A stretch of 64,000 nt of DNA from Opitutaceae bacterium (lineage in GTDB: Bacteria; Verrucomicrobiota; Verrucomicrobiia; Opitutales; Opitutaceae), in assembly GCA_035568935.1 (NCBI GenBank), contig DATMNP010000121.1, positions 6,190 through 70,189 on the forward strand. Direction: 5' to 3'. Of this stretch, positions 58,047-64,000 are shown one piece after another. The notes below the pieces were generated by a model. It ran no database searches. It saw only the letters and a list, made by a program, of their open reading frames with translations, and was not told where the DNA came from. The translations under genes were made by a program, and so were the position numbers. Numbering within the stretch: the stretch's first letter is position 1; the number at the start of each line of letters is the position of its first letter.

Positions 58047-59600
58047 TTAGGGCATGGCTTTTAGAGAGAGGGCCGCCTGCATGGCGGTCCCCAGCGAATG
58101 AAGCGTGGCGGGTTTGAGCAAGAGCTGGCGAATGCCCGCCGCTTCGACTTGTGCAGCCGTGAGCGACGCGCTGTATCCGGTCATTAAGATGATGGGTAAC
58201 TCGGGACGGATTTGCAGGAGCTGGATCGCGAGATCAAAGCCCGTCATCACAGGCATGGTCTGGTCCGTAAGCACGAGCGCAAAGCGTAGCGGATCGGCTC
58301 GCACCATGGCGAGCGCAGCTGCGGGCTGCGTCGTGATTTTGACCTCGTAGCCGAGCGCAGCTAATGCGTTCTGGCCAAGATGGACGAGTACGTCCTCGTC
58401 ATCGACAAATAGCACCTGTTCGCCATGACCGCGTGGTACCGCTCCCTGCTCGACCGCGGCCGTTGTGGCCTCGCCGGCATGCGCGGGAAAATAGAGGTAA
58501 AAGATGGTTCCCTCGCCAGGCTGGCTGTGAACCGTGACCGCGCCGTCGTGGTTTTTCATGATGCCATGTAGCACGGACAAACCCAAGCCGGTGCCTCCAC
58601 AGCGCGGCCTCGTCGTGAAAAACGGTTCAAAAGCCCGCTGCACCGTGGCCAAATCCATACCGCATCCGGTATCACGGACGGACAGGCGCGCGTAGTCGCC
58701 CGGCTTTAGCTGCGCTTGCGTGGCAGCAAAGGTCTCATCGACCAGGTATTTTTCCAATTTCACTTGTATCTGACCGGGGCGGTCTTTCATCGCGTTCCAG
58801 GCGTTGGTCCCTAGGTTCATCAGAATCTGATGAATCTGGGTCGCGTCGGCGAGCACCGTGGGAACATCCGACGCGAGCGACGTATCAAATTCGATGGTCG
58901 AAGGGATCGTCGAACGCAACAGTTCGAGACTTTCGGTTATCACTGGCTGTAGATGGATCGGCCGGCGCTCCAGTGGCTGCTGGCGGCTGAAGGTGAGAAT
59001 CTGCCGCACGAGATCGGTGGCGCGTTTCGACGCCTGCAAGATCGCGCCGAGATGAACGCGTACCTCGGAATTTTCCTTCAGCTTCATCTGCGCGAGCTCG
59101 GTATAACCCATTATCGCAGTCAGGATGTTATTGAAGTCGTGCGCGATTCCGCCGGCCAGCGTGCCGATCGCCTCCATCTTTTGCGCCTGCCGGAGTTGCT
59201 CCTCGATATTACGATGCTCCGCGTGCAGTCGGCTGGATTCCAAGGCATGGCTGACGGCTGACTCCAAACGCGCCAATTGACCTTTTAGCAGGTAATCCGC
59301 TGCGCCTAGCTTCATCGCCGCAACGGCGGTATCTTCGCTGATGGTTCCCGACACAATGATAAACGGCACCTCCAGTCCGTGCTGTTTCAGCACCTCCAGT
59401 GCACGCAGCCCGCTGAATTGCGGCATCTGGGAGTCCGACAGTACCAGGTCGAGCCCGTCGTGCAGGTGCTCGAGAAATGCCGCCTCGGTATCCACCCGCT
59501 GCCAGTCGGGCTCGAACCCGGCGTGGCACAGGCTTCGCACCAAGAGCTCGGCATCGGCGGAGCTGTCTTCGACGATCAGGATTTTGATTGGATGTGGCAT
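58047..59600 (-). CDS. Hybrid histidine kinase with N- and C-terminal receiver domains
   Basis: ILIVEDSSADAELL...DLVLSDSQMP (REC1), [11 protein letters not shown] (H-box), [18 protein letters not shown]...ALVLTDQTMP (REC2). Confidence 0.85.
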   Translation of the reverse strand: MPHPIKILIVEDSSADAELLVRSLCHAGFEPDWQRVDTEAAFLEHLHDGLDLVLSDSQMPQFSGLRALEVLKQHGLEVPFIIVSGTISEDTAVAAMKLGAADYLLKGQLARLESAVSHALESSRLHAEHRNIEEQLRQAQKMEAIGTLAGGIAHDFNNILTAIMGYTELAQMKLKENSEVRVHLGAILQASKRATDLVRQILTFSRQQPLERRPIHLQPVITESLELLRSTIPSTIEFDTSLASDVPTVLADATQIHQILMNLGTNAWNAMKDRPGQIQVKLEKYLVDETFAATQAQLKPGDYARLSVRDTGCGMDLATVQRAFEPFFTTRPRCGGTGLGLSVLHGIMKNHDGAVTVHSQPGEGTIFYLYFPAHAGEATTAAVEQGAVPRGHGEQVLFVDDEDVLVHLGQNALAALGYEVKITTQPAAALAMVRADPLRFALVLTDQTMPVMTGFDLAIQLLQIRPELPIILMTGYSASLTAAQVEAAGIRQLLLKPATLHSLGTAMQAALSLKAMP

Positions 59601-59609
59601 GGCGGGAGT

Positions 59610-60062
59610 TTATTCGCTTAATTTCGGCGGCTGGTTGTGGAGCAACCAATAGAGCCCGAGGTCGCGCACGGCCTCGGCGAACTGTTCAAAGTTAACCGGC
59701 TTCACGATATAACTGTTCACGCCGAGTTGGTAGCTCTCGACCACGTCGCTCTGCTCTTTCGACGAGGTGAGCACGACAATTGGGATCATTTTTGTGCGCG
59801 AGTCGCCCTTGATGCGCTTCAGCACTTCCAGCCCGTCAATCTTGGGCAACTTCAGGTCGAGCAGGATCACTTTGGGGCTGTCCGTGATCCGGCGGGCAGC
59901 GTGCGGGCCTTCACAAAAGATAAACTCCAATGCCTCGGCGCCGTCGCGGGCAACGTGGATTCGGTTCGAGAGATTGGCCTTGCGCAGGGCGCGCAGGGCC
60001 AGTTCAAGGTCCTGCGGATTATCCTCGACGAGCAAAAGCTCGACGGTGTTGGTTTCATTCAT
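59610..60062 (-). CDS. Single-domain response regulator (Rcp1-like)
   Basis: [18 protein letters not shown]...[17 protein letters not shown]...PIVVLTSS...SYIVKP. Confidence 0.9.
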   Translation of the reverse strand: MNETNTVELLLVEDNPQDLELALRALRKANLSNRIHVARDGAEALEFIFCEGPHAARRITDSPKVILLDLKLPKIDGLEVLKRIKGDSRTKMIPIVVLTSSKEQSDVVESYQLGVNSYIVKPVNFEQFAEAVRDLGLYWLLHNQPPKLSE

Positions 60063-62122
60063 GATGTAGTTTCCTTTTCCAGGGTGAAATAAAACGTCGC
60101 TCCACGATCAATGGCCGCCTCCCCCCACACCCGCCCGCCATGGCGTTGGATGATTCGCTGTACGATGGCGAGACCGACGCCCGTGCCCTCGTAGTCCTCC
60201 GCGCGATGCAACCGCTGGAAGACGCCAAAGAGTTTGTTGGCATAGCGCATGTCGAAGCCGGTGCCATTGTCGCGGACAAAAAAAGTTTCGGCACCGTTGG
60301 TCTTCATGCAGCCGATTTCCACCACGGTTTTTTCCCGCTTGCGCGTATATTTCAGTGCGTTCGAGAGAAGGTTCAGCCAGACTTGTTTCAACAATACCGG
60401 ATCGCCTGGACTCGCCGGCAAGTCTCTGGCAAGAATCTCGACCGATCGGTCCGACCACGGGGATCCCAACTCGTCGAGCGCATCGCGCACGAGTTTGCCG
60501 GTGTCAATTACCCGTTTGTTCAGTTCCTGGCGATTGAGCCGCGCAAACGTCAGCAAGTCGTCAATCAACGCGCCCATCCGCTGCGCGCCTCCACGGATGG
60601 TCTGCAAGTAACGCCGACCTTCCTCCGGCAACTGAGGGCCGTAATCCAGCAGCACCGCTTGCGAAAATCCATCCACGGCGCGCAACGGAGCGCGCAGATC
60701 GTGCGACACGGAGTAGGAGAATGCCTCCAGTTCTTTGTTCGCTGTTTCCAATTCAGCCGTGCGTTGGATCACACGCTGCTCGAGTTCGGTGTTGAGTTGC
60801 CGGACGGTTCCTTCCGCCGCCTTGCGCTCGGTAATGTCGGCCCTGATGGCGACGTATTGGCGGGGTTTGCCCCGGTCGTCGAGAAACGGCACGATGGTCG
60901 TGTCCACCCAGTAAAATGAACCGTCTTTTGCCTTGTTCTTGATTTCACCATGCCACACGCGCCCGTGCCCGATGGTCGTCCATAGCTTATGGATGAACTC
61001 TTTGGGGTGGTAGCCGGAGTTGATGATGCGATGGTCCTGGCCGAGCAACTCTTCACGCGAGTACTTGGAGATGGTGCAGAACTTGTCGTTGACGAAGGTG
61101 ATCTTTCCCCGCGAATCGGTGATCGCCACGATCGCGTGCTCGTCGAGTGCTGCCTTCAGGTCGAGCACTTCCTTGGTCGATGCCTTCAACTTTTCTTCCG
61201 CCGTCTTGCGCTCGGTGATGTCGGCGCGGATGGCGACGTATTGGCGGGGCTTGCCCTGGTCGTCGAGAAACGGCACGATGGTCGTGTCCACCCAGTAAAA
61301 TGAACCGTCTTTTGCCTTGTTCTTGATTTCGCCATGCCACACGCGTCCGCGCCCAATGGTCGTCCACAGCTCATGGATGAACGCTTTGGGATGATAGCCC
61401 GAGTTGATGATGCGGTGATCCTGGCCGATCAACTCTGCGCGAGAGTACTTGGAGATGGTGCAGAACTTGTCGTTGACGAAGGCGATCTTTCCCCGCGAAT
61501 CGGTGATCGCCACGATCGCGTGCTCGTCGAGTGCTGCCTTCAGGTCGAGCACTTCCTTGGTCGATGCCTTCAACTTTTCTTCCGCCGCCTTGCGCTCGGT
61601 GTTATCGGTGCCGATCAGCAGATAGCCGATGATTCCGGCTTGCGCGTCGCGCAGCGCCGTGACCGACACTACCGCCGGGAACCGGCTGCCGTCCTTGCGG
61701 ATGTAGGTCAATTCATAGATGTCCTCGATCCCGCGCGAGGCCTTGAAGACCAAAGCTTCGAAACCCGGCGCGATGGGAGTGGCGAACTCGAGGCTCAATC
61801 CGGTGGCGCGCGCAATCAATTCCTGCGGGTCGGAGATTTCGGCCGGGGTGCTCTTGTTCAATACGTCAGCGGCCGCATAGCCAAGCATGCGCTCGGCGCC
61901 GACATTGAAAACCTGGATTACACCCTTCTCGTCGGTGGCGATGCTGGAAAAGTTGGCGCTGTTGAGAATCGCATTCTGCAAGATCCCGGCCTTGAGCACA
62001 GCCTCTTTGCGTCGAGCTTCGGTGATCACTTCCACCGAGGCACATGCAAGCAGTTCGGCCTCTTTGGGGAGCAAGGGTGGTTTCATGGGTGATAGCGGGA
62101 CCAGCGGAACTCTTTGGAACAT
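60059..62122 (-). CDS. Multi-PAS sensor histidine kinase
   Basis: Three PAS units, then [14 protein letters not shown] (H-box), DNGTGF and [13 protein letters not shown] overlap with the response regulator start. Confidence 0.85.
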   Translation of the reverse strand: MFQRVPLVPLSPMKPPLLPKEAELLACASVEVITEARRKEAVLKAGILQNAILNSANFSSIATDEKGVIQVFNVGAERMLGYAAADVLNKSTPAEISDPQELIARATGLSLEFATPIAPGFEALVFKASRGIEDIYELTYIRKDGSRFPAVVSVTALRDAQAGIIGYLLIGTDNTERKAAEEKLKASTKEVLDLKAALDEHAIVAITDSRGKIAFVNDKFCTISKYSRAELIGQDHRIINSGYHPKAFIHELWTTIGRGRVWHGEIKNKAKDGSFYWVDTTIVPFLDDQGKPRQYVAIRADITERKTAEEKLKASTKEVLDLKAALDEHAIVAITDSRGKITFVNDKFCTISKYSREELLGQDHRIINSGYHPKEFIHKLWTTIGHGRVWHGEIKNKAKDGSFYWVDTTIVPFLDDRGKPRQYVAIRADITERKAAEGTVRQLNTELEQRVIQRTAELETANKELEAFSYSVSHDLRAPLRAVDGFSQAVLLDYGPQLPEEGRRYLQTIRGGAQRMGALIDDLLTFARLNRQELNKRVIDTGKLVRDALDELGSPWSDRSVEILARDLPASPGDPVLLKQVWLNLLSNALKYTRKREKTVVEIGCMKTNGAETFFVRDNGTGFDMRYANKLFGVFQRLHRAEDYEGTGVGLAIVQRIIQRHGGRVWGEAAIDRGATFYFTLEKETTS
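60830..61597 (-). repeat. Tandem duplication (2 x 384 nt) encoding two near-identical PAS units
   Basis: Residues 176-303 and 304-431 differ at only a handful of positions ([38 protein letters not shown]...). Confidence 0.9.
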
Positions 62123-62544
62123 CCATCAACATCGACAAATACTGAGCTCTCCGCAGCCGAAGAAACCGATATTGCGACGTCACTGTATGCGTGTTTTCGG
62201 CGAACGGCTCATTATATAAATCGATTAATGCAAATACGATACATATTGCCTTGCACGTCGCGATACGTTGCGCGGCCAACTGGTTGAGTGACCTTTTAGC
62301 GAGCGTGTATATGGGGTGTTACACTACCCCGGGTATTGGCGAACCAAGTGCGAGTCTATTGCGCCACAGACCGCTGGTTGGTACCCGTGTAAATCCGTCG
62401 GCATGGATTCTGCCCGTTTTCCGCAAAAACAGGCCATTTTGTCGGCATGAGTCGTGATTTCTTACACACGGAAGTAAATGTGGGTGCCGGCGCCAAACGG
62501 CGCTAATTCGGCACTTTTGCCAGCAGCTACCGCCAATTTCCCTC

Positions 62545-62610
62545 CCCAGCCATGTTTCCAGGCCGCTTATGCCGACGCATCTCTTTTTTTGACCTGTCCC
62601 CAATCCGACA
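62545..62610 (+). repeat. 66-nt direct repeat, copy B
   Basis: See 57818-57883. Confidence 0.85.
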
Positions 62611-62934
62611 TCCATTATTTTCCGGTTAAGAAAGCCGGCCATACCCCGATTTCCCCGGGTGAGTTTCGGGGTTCAAATTGACAACCTTATGCAAAGCTAA
62701 TCCGGTTGCTTTTTGGTTGGTGCCTTAGTTAGTTTTCCCTACCCCAACCCATCCCACCGAGCCCTGCCCGTGCAGTCAGTTGCTCAGGGCACTACCCCCT
62801 CTTTAGCGTCATCTGGATGATGAACAATACCCCTAGTCAGCAGCGTCAATCCCGGGTCTCTTCCCCTCGCTTGGCAGCTCGTCGGCGCCGGCGAGTTCAG
62901 CGGCACCAGCCAGCCTGACTTTTTTTCAGAGTCC

Positions 62935-64000
62935 ATGAAAAGAATCCTCCTGAAACTCCTTATTGTCGGCGCGCTGCTGGCGACATCCTGCTGGCGGACC
63001 GAGGCCAGCGGAACCTGGTCTCACCTCACCAATCCGGCCCCCGTTGGTTTTTCCAACTGTTTGTTGCTATCCGATGGCACCCTTATTTGCGCCCACAGCG
63101 GCAGCACCTGTTATCGCTTGACGCCCGACAGCCACGGCAGCTACGCCAACGGCACTTGGTCGCAAATTGCGTCCATGAACAACACTCGGCTCTTTTATGC
63201 GTCGCAAGTCTTGACCGATGGCCGCGTCTATGTCGCCGGTGGCGAATACGGCACGGGCAAAGGTTTGGCCGAAACTTACAATCCGCTGACGAACGTCTGG
63301 ACGCTCACTTCACCCGGCCCTTTTTCGGTTATCTCCGATGCCATCTCGGCCTTGCTGCCCAATGGCGACGTGTTGCAATCGAACAGCCAGTCGTCTGCAG
63401 CGATTTATCATCCCACCACGAACACTTGGAGCTTGGCGGCCACGCCGGGCGATCAGAACGAGGCGGACTGGGTCAAACTGCCCGATGACAGCATCCTGAC
63501 CATTATTGCTTATGGCCGCAACACGCAACGCTACATCCCGTCGCAAGACAAGTGGGTGAGCGAACCGTCGGTGCCGGTCGATATGTTTAATGGTCAGGGC
63601 GAACTTGGCTCCGGCCATCTGTTGCCCAACGGCAAAGTGTTCTGGCTCGGCGGCACTGGCAATACCGTGATCTACACGCCCACCGGCAACACCAATCCCG
63701 GCTCTTGGGTCACGGGCCCGGTTCTTCCAAACGGGGATGGCGCAAACGATGCGCCTGCCGCCATGATGGCCAATGGCAGGATCCTCTGCGCTTTCGCCGA
63801 CTCCACGACCAGTTTTGGGACCAAGACCTTCTTCTACGAATACGACTATGCCACGAATAACTTCACCCAAATCCCCGACCCCAATCACACGGCCGACCTG
63901 AGCGATCCGATCGCGACATACAACACGTCCATGATCGATCTCCCGGATGGCAGCGTGTTTTACTGCGGTGCCAACAGCAAGTCTTACATCTATACTCCGG
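62935..64000 (+). CDS. Secreted Kelch/galactose-oxidase-like beta-propeller protein, 3' end outside window
   Basis: Not in the ORF track because no stop is reached. ATG 62935, signal peptide MKRILLKLLIVGALLATSC, and repeated units such as DGRVYVAGGEYG, NGDVLQS, NGKVFWLGG and NGRILCAF. I read it through to 64000 without a stop. Confidence 0.6.
   Translation, partial: MKRILLKLLIVGALLATSCWRTEASGTWSHLTNPAPVGFSNCLLLSDGTLICAHSGSTCYRLTPDSHGSYANGTWSQIASMNNTRLFYASQVLTDGRVYVAGGEYGTGKGLAETYNPLTNVWTLTSPGPFSVISDAISALLPNGDVLQSNSQSSAAIYHPTTNTWSLAATPGDQNEADWVKLPDDSILTIIAYGRNTQRYIPSQDKWVSEPSVPVDMFNGQGELGSGHLLPNGKVFWLGGTGNTVIYTPTGNTNPGSWVTGPVLPNGDGANDAPAAMMANGRILCAFADSTTSFGTKTFFYEYDYATNNFTQIPDPNHTADLSDPIATYNTSMIDLPDGSVFYCGANSKSYIYTP

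Noticed and set aside
62319-62642. Minus-strand ORFs translating the 66-nt repeats (…GLGTGQKKR.VGIS.LETWLG…) at 62319-62642 and 57598-57912.
   Set aside because: The similarity between the two translations is confined to the repeat itself and the flanks are unrelated. They are most likely translation of a non-coding repeat.

Overview
High-G+C bacterial chromosomal window. The gene content suggests Verrucomicrobiota/Opitutales-like: an FtsZ-containing dcw cluster with a murC-murB fusion. That taxon call is inference only.

Layout:
- 1-20.9 kb, housekeeping: pta plus a separate Pta-N-domain-like gene, ispA, tpiA-pgk-gap, a GH13 debranching-type enzyme, mnmA, an orphan PilB/GspE-type ATPase, obg, and a large propeller/PAS hybrid kinase.
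- 20.9-26.8 kb, visibly lower-G+C accessory patch: two tandem acyltransferase-3 paralogues, a secreted protein, and nested toxin-antitoxin modules including a decayed PIN copy.
- 26.8-47.2 kb, a complete minus-strand dcw cluster: mraZ-rsmH-ftsL-ftsI-murE-murF-mraY-murD-[LysM lipoprotein]-ftsW-murG-murC::murB-ddl-ftsQ-ftsA-ftsZ. A four-fold TGGG operator with 10-bp phasing lies in front of mraZ.
- 47.3-57.25 kb, a compact Mu-like transposable module: c-like repressor, Ner-like, MuA-like and MuB-like genes. It carries an orphan tape-measure-like gene and sits directly upstream of the dcw operator, bounded by about 80-nt direct repeats.
- 57.3-62.6 kb, a PAS-kinase / receiver / hybrid-kinase module bracketed by 66-nt direct repeats.
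- 62.9 kb to the end, a Kelch-like secreted protein running off the window.

Intergenic spacers are packed with bipartite (BIME-like) hairpin repeats whose two halves differ by compensatory base-pair changes. One such element is inserted in-frame inside murC::murB.

No rRNA, tRNA or CRISPR array was recognised. Many long ORFs in the track are antisense or out-of-frame shadows of real genes in GC-rich DNA and are not reported.
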